Source: a virus
Lineage: Duplodnaviria > Heunggongvirae > Uroviricota > Caudoviricetes
DNA: 12,574 nucleotides
IMG/VR virus record: IMGVR_UViG_2518645559_000002
Direction: 5' to 3' (one strand)
Positions 1-7,477 of the stretch are shown here, piece by piece. The translations under genes were made by a program, and so were the position numbers. How positions within the stretch are numbered: position 1 is the stretch's first letter; each line of letters opens with the position of its first letter. The notes beneath the pieces are model-generated. The model was not told the DNA's origin. It ran no database searches and saw only the letters and a program-made list of their open reading frames with translations.

Positions 1-1248
1 ATGGCACTGAATATTCCATTCAGAAATGCGTACTATCGTTTTGCATCCAGTTACTCATTTCTCTTTTTTATTTCCTGGTCGCTGTGGTGGTCGTTATACG
101 CTATTTGGCTGAAAGGACATCTAGGGTTGACAGGGACGGAATTAGGTACACTTTATTCGGTCAACCAGTTTACCAGCATTCTATTTATGATGTTCTACGG
201 CATCGTTCAGGATAAACTCGGTCTGAAGAAACCGCTCATCTGGTGTATGAGTTTCATCCTGGTCTTGACCGGACCGTTTATGATTTACGTTTATGAACCG
301 TTACTGCAAAGCAATTTTTCTGTAGGTCTAATTCTGGGGGCGCTATTTTTTGGCTTGGGGTATCTGGCGGGATGCGGTTTGCTTGATAGCTTCACCGAAA
401 AAATGGCGCGAAATTTTCATTTCGAATATGGAACAGCGCGCGCCTGGGGATCTTTTGGCTATGCTATTGGCGCGTTCTTTGCCGGCATATTTTTTAGTAT
501 CAGTCCCCATATCAACTTCTGGTTGGTCTCGCTATTTGGCGCTGTATTTATGATGATCAACATGCGTTTTAAAGATAAGGATCACCAGTGCGTAGCGGCA
601 GATGCGGGAGGGGTAAAAAAAGAGGATTTTATCGCAGTTTTCAAGGATCGAAACTTCTGGGTTTTCGTCATATTTATTGTGGGGACGTGGTCTTTCTATA
701 ACATTTTTGATCAACAACTTTTTCCTGTCTTTTATTCAGGTTTATTCGAATCACACGATGTAGGAACGCGCCTGTATGGTTATCTCAACTCATTCCAGGT
801 GGTACTCGAAGCGCTGTGCATGGCGATTATTCCTTTCTTTGTGAATCGGGTAGGGCCAAAAAATGCATTACTTATCGGAGTTGTGATTATGGCGTTGCGT
901 ATCCTTTCCTGCGCGCTGTTCGTTAACCCCTGGATTATTTCATTAGTGAAGTTGTTACATGCCATTGAGGTTCCACTTTGTGTCATATCCGTCTTCAAAT
1001 ACAGCGTGGCAAACTTTGATAAGCGCCTGTCGTCGACGATCTTTCTGATTGGTTTTCAAATTGCCAGTTCGCTTGGGATTGTGCTGCTTTCAACGCCGAC
1101 TGGGATACTCTTTGACCACGCAGGCTACCAAACAGTTTTCTTCGCAATTTCGGGTATTGTCTGCCTGATGTTGCTATTTGGCATTTTCTTCTTGAGTAAA
1201 AAACGCGAGCAAATAGTTATGGAAACGCCTGTACCTTCAGCAATATAG
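1..1248 (+). CDS. cscB: Sucrose:H+ symporter, MFS oligosaccharide (LacY-type) permease, 415 aa, complete
   Basis: Full-length ORF from ATG at 1 to TAG at 1246-1248. Protein is hydrophobic with ~12 predicted membrane spans. N-terminus MALNIPFRNAYYRFASSYSFLFFISWSLWWSLYAIW matches my memory of E. coli CscB; not verified by search. Confidence 0.85.
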   Translation: MALNIPFRNAYYRFASSYSFLFFISWSLWWSLYAIWLKGHLGLTGTELGTLYSVNQFTSILFMMFYGIVQDKLGLKKPLIWCMSFILVLTGPFMIYVYEPLLQSNFSVGLILGALFFGLGYLAGCGLLDSFTEKMARNFHFEYGTARAWGSFGYAIGAFFAGIFFSISPHINFWLVSLFGAVFMMINMRFKDKDHQCVAADAGGVKKEDFIAVFKDRNFWVFVIFIVGTWSFYNIFDQQLFPVFYSGLFESHDVGTRLYGYLNSFQVVLEALCMAIIPFFVNRVGPKNALLIGVVIMALRILSCALFVNPWIISLVKLLHAIEVPLCVISVFKYSVANFDKRLSSTIFLIGFQIASSLGIVLLSTPTGILFDHAGYQTVFFAISGIVCLMLLFGIFFLSKKREQIVMETPVPSAI

Positions 1249-1256
1249 ACGTAAAC

Positions 1257-1301
1257 TTTTTCCGGTTGTTGTCGATAGCTCTATATCCCTCAACCGGAAA
1301 A
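1257..1301. other. Palindromic hairpin 3' of cscB (stem CCGGTTG/CAACCGG, 22-nt loop, flanked by T5 and A4); not a canonical rho-independent terminator on either strand
   Basis: Direct reading: tttttCCGGTTG(22 nt)CAACCGGaaaa. No U-tract follows the stem in either transcript orientation. Confidence 0.35.
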
Positions 1302-1689
1302 TAATAATAGTAAAATGCTTAGCCCTGCTAATAATCGCCTAATCCAAACGCCTCATTCATGTTCTGGTACAGTCGCTCAAATGTACTTCAGATGCGCGGT
1401 TCGCTGATTTCCAGGACATTGTCGTCATTCAGTGACCTGTCCCGTGTATCACGGTCCTGCGAATTCATCAAGGAATGCATTGCGGAGTGAAGTATCGAGT
1501 CACGCCATATTTCGCTATCAGGATTCTGTGTGATGGTTACATCGCCCGGCTCAGGGCTGTTTAGTCATCAGCGCTTTCTGACAGTGCTGAGATTTCAACC
1601 TGTTGCAGTAAAAATGAGTAGATATAAGGCAAGTGTGCTGCCAAACCCATCTTTTACGGGGTGAAGGTAGATTTCGTTTGAAGGGTATC

Positions 1690-1704
1690 TGGTGTCCCCT
1701 GCAG
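1690..1704 (-). other. attR-like core of the prophage: 15 nt identical to the 3' end of a tRNA (T-stem 3' strand, acceptor 3' strand, discriminator, CCA), consistent with argW tRNA-Arg
   Basis: Minus-strand sequence CTGCAGGGGACACCA reads as CCTGC-type T-stem 3' half + AGGGGAC acceptor + A + CCA. It lies at the boundary between the host flank (cscB side) and the first prophage gene (torI). Confidence 0.55.
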
Positions 1705-1777
1705 ACATCTACTTGAGGCGGCAGGGGATTGATTGGAATGGTGTTTTTTAGATGTGAGAAATATTTTACCCGCTATT

Positions 1778-1978
1778 TTACCCATTGGCGCGGCTTAAGA
1801 GCTTATTTTTGAATTCACAATGGTCACGATATAACCATCTTGCTCGCCCGTGGATAACTTTGGCTTTAGGCAGGTCTCCGGACTTAATCCGGTCATAGAT
1901 GAAGGTTTTACCGAAGCCAGTATCAGCCATGATGAATTTCAAATCAACCAGTGAATCAGGCTGTAGTTCGTGTTGCAT
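1778..1978 (-). CDS. torI: Excisionase / recombination directionality factor (AlpA/Xis-family winged-helix), 66 aa
   Basis: 66-aa ORF MQHELQPDSLVDLKFIMADTGFGKTFIYDRIKSGDLPKAKVIHGRARWLYRDHCEFKNKLLSRANG matches my memory of TorI of the KplE1 prophage. Position next to the att core fits. GGAG lies 9 nt upstream of the ATG. Confidence 0.8.
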   Translation of the reverse strand: MQHELQPDSLVDLKFIMADTGFGKTFIYDRIKSGDLPKAKVIHGRARWLYRDHCEFKNKLLSRANG

Positions 1979-1997
1979 GAGTGCTATCTCCGAATAG

Positions 1998-2013
1998 GGA
2001 ATCGAACCTGCAA
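1998..2013 (-). other. tRNA T-arm fragment (TTGCAGGTTCGATTCC on minus strand) immediately upstream of the torI start codon
   Basis: Minus-strand reading gives T-stem 5' half GCAGG + T-loop TTCGATT + CC. It is exactly contiguous in tRNA terms with the 1690-1704 fragment (1-nt overlap), but separated from it by 293 bp that contain torI. Confidence 0.5.
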
Positions 2014-2020
2014 ATCAGGC

Positions 2021-2044
2021 AATAAAAAACCGCCATCAGGCGGC
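2021..2044 (-). terminator. Rho-independent terminator for the minus-strand early operon
   Basis: Minus strand: CCGCC-TGAT-GGCGG stem-loop followed by TTTTTTATT. Sits between the last early gene (stop at 2110) and torI. Confidence 0.6.
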
Positions 2045-2109
2045 TTGGTGTTCTTTCAGTTCTTCAATTCGAATATTGGTTACATTGTTTTCATATATGA
2101 ATAAATAAA

Positions 2110-2289
2110 TTAGCTTTTTTCGTTGCCTTCGCGTTCTTTATTAATTTTAACAAACTCGTTTTTACCACGCTCTCCAAATGCGTCTTTAGAGTCGTTGTAT
2201 CCGCAATCGCAGCACACATAATCACCAGACCATCCACGCATTGTTTTTTCTTTTGCAATATTTCCAGAACCGCATTTTGGACAAGACAT
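2110..2289 (-). CDS. Small zinc-ribbon protein (CPKCG...CCDCG), 59 aa; function unknown, possibly Lar-like restriction-alleviation
   Basis: ORF MSCPKCGSGNIAKEKTMRGWSGDYVCCDCGYNDSK... with two CxxC pairs. GGAGG lies 7 nt upstream of the ATG at 2289. The track's longer 70-aa version lacks an RBS. Confidence 0.5.
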   Translation of the reverse strand: MSCPKCGSGNIAKEKTMRGWSGDYVCCDCGYNDSKDAFGERGKNEFVKINKEREGNEKS

Positions 2290-2385
2290 ATCACTACCTC
2301 CAAAGCATGAGTGAGATGACAACGTAACATTGATTGGAGATTAACAATAGATTGCTGATGTAAAAGATATGTATAAGCTTCGCTT

Positions 2386-3015
2386 TCAAAGTGGAGGCTC
2401 TGGTAGCGGCATCCAGTGTGACGGTTTCCACGACGCACCAGGAATTATCCACCCATCATTAGCGTCAGGATGACCCGGGATGTAAGTCGCCCATTTCATT
2501 CGCCAGTCACCTTTCCTGTCAAACTCCACGGCAACAAGAACGGCTGTTTTGGTATCCGGCATTCGCTCACTACAGCTTATCCAGCCATCCGGAGTTACCG
2601 GAGAGTTGCCGGGTTCTTTAATGTGCAAGCGAGGCTCACCATCTTTTGGTTCAGGCCACTGGCGTTCCATGTTGATCTTCAATTTATTTTCCATAGCAGC
2701 GGTAATTTCAGCATCACTGATACCAGCACGGCGCTGTGCATCCCACAACAGGAACTGCATATCAGCCCACTCGCTAAGATCGTCTGGTTCGGCTGCGGCT
2801 TCCAGTGCCTCTTTTGAGAGGTGTTTCAGTGGACCAATGGGGCCAACGCAGCCAAATGTGGAGTCAGACCATTTGGCATGCTCGTGGCGAATCTGTTCGC
2901 GTTCCAGTGATGCCAGTGCAATTCGTGCCAGTTCCATTTGTTCGCCACGAGTAAGCCCGTTTTCAAGCGGATTTTTAATGAACAATTCAATACGTTCTTT
3001 GGTAATAGTGGTCAT
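2386..3015 (-). CDS. Two-domain prophage protein: N-terminal MazG-like dATP/dGTP pyrophosphohydrolase-type domain (DUF550-like) plus C-terminal DUF551-like domain, 209 aa
   Basis: 209-aa ORF. Start ATG overlaps the stop of the upstream 69-aa gene (ATGA). N-terminal half is acidic and helical (EALEAAAEP...EWADMQFLLWD). C-terminal half (WISCSERMPD...VLVAVEF...WMPLPEPP) resembles DUF551 from memory. Confidence 0.6.
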   Translation of the reverse strand: MTTITKERIELFIKNPLENGLTRGEQMELARIALASLEREQIRHEHAKWSDSTFGCVGPIGPLKHLSKEALEAAAEPDDLSEWADMQFLLWDAQRRAGISDAEITAAMENKLKINMERQWPEPKDGEPRLHIKEPGNSPVTPDGWISCSERMPDTKTAVLVAVEFDRKGDWRMKWATYIPGHPDANDGWIIPGASWKPSHWMPLPEPPL

Positions 3016-3221
3016 GTGTTAATCCTCAAAACTTTATGCCCGGGCGCAAAAGTACGTGTTTTGTCTTTGCTTATTCGCCACCCGTCTTTACGGGCCTCTT
3101 TTGCACAACCAGACCATGACGTACCGATATACTCACCGAAGTCTGGCACTGGATATACACCTTCCGTACACTGGCGACAATCACAATAGAGATGCATGGT
3201 GTAACTTGCAGCGATAGCCAT
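3012..3221 (-). CDS. Small Cys-containing phage protein, 69 aa, unknown function
   Basis: ORF with strong SD (AAAGGAGAG) upstream of the ATG. Motif CDCRQC...C. Stop overlaps the start of the next gene (ATGA). Confidence 0.5.
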   Translation of the reverse strand: MAIAASYTMHLYCDCRQCTEGVYPVPDFGEYIGTSWSGCAKEARKDGWRISKDKTRTFAPGHKVLRINT

Positions 3222-3222
3222 A

Positions 3223-3411
3223 TCACTCTCCTTTAGTCCGCAAGTAGTTTTTCCAGCGGTTTTGCGCCGCGCTGGGCTTTTTGCAACAACTGTGACCCAT
3301 CACCCCGCAACACCCCATCAACCTCACTCGTCTGTTACTAATCCTCACCCATCGCCAGACCCCAACACCGTTTCTGCGAGCTAACAGAATCTTTGCTTTA
3401 CGGTTTTTCAT
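3223..3411 (-). CDS. Hypothetical basic Cys-rich small protein, 62 aa; coding status uncertain
   Basis: ORF with GGAGAG 7 nt upstream of the ATG. Protein is very Arg/Lys/Trp/Cys-rich and the DNA is compositionally odd (C-rich on + strand), so it may instead be regulatory or non-coding. Confidence 0.3.
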   Translation of the reverse strand: MKNRKAKILLARRNGVGVWRWVRISNRRVRLMGCCGVMGHSCCKKPSAAQNRWKNYLRTKGE

Positions 3412-3583
3412 CGTTTTGCTCTCCTGCGTCTCTTTGCTGCTCGTCGTGCCGCTGCAATACCGGTATGGCGGCGCTTTGGTGCCGGGATGATGTTGTCAGC
3501 TATCAGGACATGTGGCTTTGCAATTAGCGCAGAAGCCCAAAAACGAGTCGGGTACGGTAACAAGCCGATACATGCCACACGCA

Positions 3584-4255
3584 CTACTCACCCTCTTTGA
3601 TGCGAATGCCTGCGGCGCGTGGCACATTAACTTCCACGATGCGCACTGTTGGTTTGTACATCTCAATCGCTGTCAGCCAGTCAGCTCCTGTCATGCGCTT
3701 TTCCGCATCGCCATTAGTCCACTGAACCGGTACACCAATAGCCTTCATCGCGATTTCTATTTCCCCGGCAATGGCGCTTTTTCCGCAACCAGTAAAACCA
3801 GAAACAACGACAAGAACTTCACCTTTGGCTGGTTTTATTTCCCGTGCTTCCAGTTCTGCTATGCGCTTACTTCCATCCGAGATAACACCTTCGTAATACT
3901 TACGCTGCTCGTTGAGTTTTGATTTTGTCTCCTCAAGCTCAACACGCAGCTTCCCTACCGTTAGCGCAATGTCCTCGTTCTCCTGGTCGCGGCGTTTGAT
4001 ATATTGCTGGTTTCTTTCCCGTTCATCCAGCAGTGCCTGCACTACTTTAGGGTTGAAAGCTGCGATAAATTCTGCGTTGTTCTCTGCATTTTTCTGGCCG
4101 TCAAAGCCAGGCCATTTGATAATGTCTCCGCAACGTTCATCCCCCGGCGTATGCACCGCATATGTATCAGTGCCCGGCGAAATGAATGCGACCCATTCGC
4201 CCTGTGTTGCCTGTTTTGCTAACTCACGCAGTGCCTGATAGTCAATCTTGCTCAC
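3584..4255 (-). CDS. Ead/Ea22-like phage protein with central coiled-coil and C-terminal Walker-A-like motif (GFTGCGKS), 223 aa, GTG start
   Basis: GTG start preceded by AAAGGAGG and overlapping the upstream stop (GTGA). N-terminus [20 protein letters not shown]... is Ea22-like from memory. Middle is charged and heptad-like. C-terminus has [19 protein letters not shown]. Confidence 0.6.
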   Translation of the reverse strand: MSKIDYQALRELAKQATQGEWVAFISPGTDTYAVHTPGDERCGDIIKWPGFDGQKNAENNAEFIAAFNPKVVQALLDERERNQQYIKRRDQENEDIALTVGKLRVELEETKSKLNEQRKYYEGVISDGSKRIAELEAREIKPAKGEVLVVVSGFTGCGKSAIAGEIEIAMKAIGVPVQWTNGDAEKRMTGADWLTAIEMYKPTVRIVEVNVPRAAGIRIKEGE

Positions 4256-4419
4256 TGGTTGCCTCCTTTACGCCACATCGCATTCAGATATTTGTTTTGA
4301 TTCACTGATGGAAAAGAATTTCTCTTAAGCAATTCCTCTCTCGATGGCATTGGCTTTACGCGCTGGCGAATAATCATTTCTGCCGGAAGAATGCCGGGAT
4401 TGTATGCAAGTCCTCTCAT
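4252..4419 (-). CDS. Hypothetical small protein, 55 aa, translationally coupled
   Basis: ATG overlaps the stop of the upstream gene (ATGA); its stop overlaps the GTG of the downstream gene (GTGA). No recognisable family. Confidence 0.4.
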   Translation of the reverse strand: MRGLAYNPGILPAEMIIRQRVKPMPSREELLKRNSFPSVNQNKYLNAMWRKGGNQ

Positions 4420-4706
4420 GATTTACTCTCCACGAACTGGTCAATAGCCATGCTAAGTGACACACCTAAAGTCTCGATATGCTGCTGAATATCCTGTAGC
4501 GTCTGCGCCTGAGATAACAGGATTTCACGGTTGCATAACTCTTTAACCAGATGCTCAAACTTGCTGTAATAACCGATACGACTTAGTGTTTCTTTCCCTG
4601 CATTCTCGTCTTCTTTGATAATTCCTCTTTCGCTAAGAATCAGATCGTGTTTTGTTCCGGTAATAACGTATTTTCCGAGGTCGATGTTTAGCTTCATTGT
4701 TTTCAT
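4416..4706 (-). CDS. Hypothetical phage early protein, 96 aa
   Basis: Start [14 protein letters not shown]... chosen at the ATG preceded by GAGGAA (6-nt spacing). The longer track ORF (147 aa) overlaps the upstream gene and lacks an RBS. Confidence 0.5.
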   Translation of the reverse strand: MKTMKLNIDLGKYVITGTKHDLILSERGIIKEDENAGKETLSRIGYYSKFEHLVKELCNREILLSQAQTLQDIQQHIETLGVSLSMAIDQFVESKS

Positions 4707-4716
4707 TGTTAATTCC

Positions 4717-5013
4717 TCAGTCATTACTGATAGCGCCATAGCGTGAGCGGTAATTACGCAGGCGCGGGTCGATATATTCAGGGAAGTGGGGGTATGTGGC
4801 TTTGCGGAATGGTCGGATTGATGTCTGGTAAATTCGCTCGCGTTCTTCTTTCTCTGCAAGCCATATACAATGGCGAAATTCCTTTTCCTCTTTCGTTTCC
4901 TGCGGTAGCGACATTATCAGGTCGTAGTTTTTCCTGAATTTATCCAGCACCTCCGATACGGAATTGCCGGAACAGCGGCGCGGGTCATCCGCACCATACA
5001 GAGGCGCTGGCAT
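4717..5013 (-). CDS. Hypothetical phage early protein, 98 aa; Abc-like anti-RecBCD role is speculative, based on position only
   Basis: ORF MPAPLYGADDPRRCSGNSVSEVLDKFRKNYDLIMS... with AAGGA upstream. Lies downstream of erf/ssb, as the abc genes do in P22. Confidence 0.5.
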   Translation of the reverse strand: MPAPLYGADDPRRCSGNSVSEVLDKFRKNYDLIMSLPQETKEEKEFRHCIWLAEKEERERIYQTSIRPFRKATYPHFPEYIDPRLRNYRSRYGAISND

Positions 5014-5036
5014 AATTAAATCCTTATTTTTCTAAA

Positions 5037-5420
5037 TCAGAATGGGATGGAATCGTCGTATACAGGAGTGTTCTGCTGGTTACTACTTTGCTGCTGCGGG
5101 CTGTTTCCTGAAGTTGCAAATCCAATCTTTGCATTCAGTAATTCAAGAGTGATGGATTGACCATTTTGCCCCTGATAAACATCAACCCTGATGTTTTCTC
5201 CGGTAATTTCCACAATGCCACCTTCAACAAGAACACTACGGTAGTAATCCGCTTGCGCTCCCGGCTTGGCAAATACAACGGTGCTGTAGTTTGTCCATTC
5301 TTTCTTTTTTGTCTGGCGATCGTAATACTGAACGCCAGCACGGATGTTGAATCCGATATTTTCCCCGGCCTGAAACTCTCTTGCGGGCTTGTTTAGTCTT
5401 ACAGTAATCGAATGTGCCAT
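5037..5420 (-). CDS. ssb: Phage-type single-stranded DNA-binding protein, 127 aa
   Basis: C-terminal tail ...PVYDDSIPF (DDxIPF SSB signature) preceded by a Q/S/N-rich linker. Start ATG overlaps the erf stop (TAATG). Confidence 0.7.
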   Translation of the reverse strand: MAHSITVRLNKPAREFQAGENIGFNIRAGVQYYDRQTKKKEWTNYSTVVFAKPGAQADYYRSVLVEGGIVEITGENIRVDVYQGQNGQSITLELLNAKIGFATSGNSPQQQSSNQQNTPVYDDSIPF

Positions 5421-6025
5421 TAAGCAGCAGCTCCTTCTAATTCGTCTCGTCTGATGTTGTAAACGTCCTGCGCTTTGTGCTGCTCCGGTGTGCCTTCGAG
5501 CATCTTCCACGCTTTGGCGAACGCCTGTTTAAGCTCTTCCACGGTGTTTTTCTGCAATGCTGCGTCAGTGAATGCTTTTAGAACCTGTTCAGGTGTAGGT
5601 GATGGTTTTGATTGCTTTGCTGCTGCGTTCTGCTGATGTTTATGCTCGTCGGTATCTGCATCTTTCGCATCATCAATGCCGAACAAACCATTGAGGCAAT
5701 ACTTGCGTGCATAAGAGCTTGTAGCTCCCGTAACTTGTGCAGAATCCATTCCTTTCTTGCTTTCTTCCTCTCGTGCAAGAGCGGTTGCCGTATGACTGTT
5801 TTCGCCATCGGTAATAGTTGCCGTGGCTTTCACGTAATACCGATCACCAATCAACACAACTTCATCGCTGATTGATAAAAACAGGCCATTCAGTAACGGC
5901 TTAACGCCTTCAAGAATGTCTTCGCAGCTTCTGTATTTATATTTACCGAATGAGTTGTACTGATTCTTTGGCGCGTTCAAGTTCTCCTGAATAGCTGCCA
6001 GTCTTGCGTAAAATTCTTTGCTCAT
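5420..6025 (-). CDS. erf: ERF-family single-strand annealing recombinase (P22 Erf-like), 201 aa
   Basis: MSKEFYARLAAIQENLNAPKNQYNSFGKYKYRSCEDILEGVKPLL... matches my memory of the P22 Erf N-terminus. Start taken at MSKEF rather than the track's upstream Met at 6055. Confidence 0.75.
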   Translation of the reverse strand: MSKEFYARLAAIQENLNAPKNQYNSFGKYKYRSCEDILEGVKPLLNGLFLSISDEVVLIGDRYYVKATATITDGENSHTATALAREEESKKGMDSAQVTGATSSYARKYCLNGLFGIDDAKDADTDEHKHQQNAAAKQSKPSPTPEQVLKAFTDAALQKNTVEELKQAFAKAWKMLEGTPEQHKAQDVYNIRRDELEGAAA

Positions 6026-6114
6026 ATGTTTGTTCTCAGAATGGGCATGGCCCAAGGAAATAACGCTGATTTAATACTTCAGTCTTTGCCGCATTTAAAA
6101 AGACGCGAACACCT

Positions 6115-6285
6115 TCACGATCTCCCTTCTGGCGATACATTAACGCCTGCTGCGTGTACATGCGTCTCTGTAACTTGCTCTCCTTCACGGTGGTTGCAAG
6201 TGACATGAATATCTCCTTCGTTACCGAATAATTCTTTCATCTGACGAATGAATTCTTCGTCTGACCAGTTATCTGTAAAGCTCAT
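6115..6285 (-). CDS. Hypothetical small acidic protein, 56 aa (position suggests an Arf-like accessory recombination gene; speculative)
   Basis: ATG preceded by AGGA and overlapping the stop of the upstream gene (ATGA). Lies immediately upstream of erf. Confidence 0.45.
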   Translation of the reverse strand: MSFTDNWSDEEFIRQMKELFGNEGDIHVTCNHREGEQVTETHVHAAGVNVSPEGRS

Positions 6286-6434
6286 TTCCTGCGATACCAT
6301 GGAAGGTTGATAGCTGATTTCATCGCTTTATTTGCTTCAAGCCACATTTTTGAATCACCAATAAATCTGGCTATTACTGCTTTGTTCTGTGCAGCACGAA
6401 GCATCTGGTGATTGATGGCTATTTCATTGCGCAT
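6282..6434 (-). CDS. Kil-like small protein, 50 aa (candidate FtsZ-inhibitor/host-killing function)
   Basis: ORF MRNEIAINHQMLRAAQNKAVIARFIGDSKMWLEANKAMKSAINLPWYRRK. The FIGDxKM motif and position just after cIII recall lambda Kil; weak, memory-based. Confidence 0.4.
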   Translation of the reverse strand: MRNEIAINHQMLRAAQNKAVIARFIGDSKMWLEANKAMKSAINLPWYRRK

Positions 6435-6550
6435 AATAAGACCTCAACTCTTTTCCATCCGTCACGTAATTTACGGGTGATTCGTTCAAGTAAAGATTCA
6501 TTTAATTGGAAGGCACCCATGCGAGCGCCTCCCGCGATTGCGTAAATCAT
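6419..6550 (-). CDS. c3: CIII-like FtsH (HflB) protease inhibitor, 43 aa
   Basis: MIYAIAGGARMGAFQLNESLLERITRKLRDGWKRVEVLLCAMK. Core ESLLERITRKLRDGWKR matches lambda CIII from memory. AAGGA lies 8 nt upstream of the ATG. Confidence 0.65.
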   Translation of the reverse strand: MIYAIAGGARMGAFQLNESLLERITRKLRDGWKRVEVLLCAMK

Positions 6551-6574
6551 GGGTGGTTCCTTATGTTGGTTTTA

Positions 6575-6724
6575 TTAGTAGGTTATTTTTGTTGCGAATA
6601 CTTCGCCTTTTACGATGGCTGTTATGATATTTTTAGCAACATCTTCTGATGCACCAACCTTGATAAGGTCAGCAAGTATTTTGTTATTTACTTCTTTCCG
6701 GTGAGCTTTATCCTTTGCTCTACG
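6575..6724 (-). pseudogene. 3' remnant (49 codons) of a minus-strand gene whose 5' part is removed at the IS1 junction
   Basis: Open frame runs without a start codon from the IS1 left end to the stop at 6575-6577 (...ILADLIKVGASEDVAKNIITAIVKGEVFATKITY*). Confidence 0.4.
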
Positions 6725-6779
6725 GGTGATGCTGCCAACTTACTGATTTAGTGTATGATGGTGTTTTTGAGGTGCTCCA

Positions 6780-7055
6780 GTGGCTTCTGTTTCTATCAGC
6801 TGTCCCTCCTGTTCAGCTACTGACGGGGTGGTGCGTAACGGCAAAAGCACCGCCGGACATCAGCGCTATCTCTGCTCTCACTGCCGTAAAACATGGCAAC
6901 TGCAGTTCACTTACACCGCTTCTCAACCCGGTACGCACCAGAAAATCATTGATATGGCCATGAATGGCGTTGGATGCCGGGCAACCGCCCGCATTATGGG
7001 CGTTGGCCTCAACACGATTTTCCGCCATTTAAAAAACTCAGGCCGCAGTCGGTAA
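6780..7055 (+). CDS. insA: IS1 InsA (transposition regulator; N-terminal part of the InsAB' transposase), 91 aa
   Basis: [43 protein letters not shown]... Starts 55 nt into the element, as in IS1. Confidence 0.85.
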   Translation: MASVSISCPSCSATDGVVRNGKSTAGHQRYLCSHCRKTWQLQFTYTASQPGTHQKIIDMAMNGVGCRATARIMGVGLNTIFRHLKNSGRSR

Positions 7056-7477
7056 CCTCGCGCATACAGCCGGGCAGTGACGTCATCGTCTGCGCGGAAA
7101 TGGACGAACAGTGGGGATACGTCGGGGCTAAATCGCGCCAGCGCTGGCTGTTTTACGCGTATGACAGGCTCCGGAAGACGGTTGTTGCGCACGTATTCGG
7201 TGAACGCACTATGGCGACGCTGGGGCGTCTTATGAGCCTGCTGTCACCCTTTGACGTGGTGATATGGATGACGGATGGCTGGCCGCTGTATGAATCCCGC
7301 CTGAAGGGAAAGCTGCACGTAATCAGCAAGCGATATACGCAGCGAATTGAGCGGCATAACCTGAATCTGAGGCAGCACCTGGCACGACTGGGACGGAAGT
7401 CGCTGTCGTTCTCAAAATCGGTGGAGCTGCATGACAAAGTCATCGGGCATTATCTGAACATAAAACACTATCAATAA
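6974..7477 (+). CDS. insB: IS1 InsB reading frame (fused to InsA by -1 frameshift to give the transposase)
   Basis: 167-aa ORF overlapping the insA 3' end in the -1 frame; ...[21 protein letters not shown]... typical of IS1 InsB. Confidence 0.85.
   Translation: MPGNRPHYGRWPQHDFPPFKKLRPQSVTSRIQPGSDVIVCAEMDEQWGYVGAKSRQRWLFYAYDRLRKTVVAHVFGERTMATLGRLMSLLSPFDVVIWMTDGWPLYESRLKGKLHVISKRYTQRIERHNLNLRQHLARLGRKSLSFSKSVELHDKVIGHYLNIKHYQ

Noticed and set aside
350-998. Short ORFs inside cscB (350-553 +, 532-717 -, 780-998 -)
   Set aside because: Embedded within or antisense to the full-length permease ORF; no independent support.
1998-2013. A complete tRNA gene near torI
   Set aside because: Only T-arm and acceptor/CCA fragments are present; no D-arm or anticodon arm can be read on either side. 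The intact tRNA presumably lies beyond the right window edge, next to intS.
2091-2438. 115-aa minus-strand ORF overlapping the zinc-ribbon gene and the DUF550/DUF551 gene 3' end
   Set aside because: Out of frame with both better-supported neighbours, no RBS, and it spans the intergenic region between them.
2470-4238. Plus-strand ORFs of 72-157 aa (2470-2817, 2549-3022, 2938-3189, 3512-3922, 3912-4238, 4004-4222)
   Set aside because: All lie antisense to well-supported, tightly packed minus-strand genes, lack convincing RBSs and encode low-complexity Ser/Cys/Arg-rich products typical of antisense frames.
6026-6055. Upstream Met (MGHAHSENKH...) as the erf start
   Set aside because: No RBS. 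The downstream ATG at 6025 yields the MSKEFYARLA... N-terminus typical of Erf.
4743-6208. Plus-strand ORFs 4743-4937, 5157-5396, 5612-5875, 6026-6208 and minus-strand 5135-5341, 5578-5808
   Set aside because: Alternative or antisense frames within the ssb/erf/small-gene block; the assigned genes have recognisable products and coupled starts.
6813-7443. Minus-strand ORFs inside IS1 (6813-7028, 6923-7192, 7153-7443)
   Set aside because: Antisense to insA/insB within a canonical IS1; known not to be genes.
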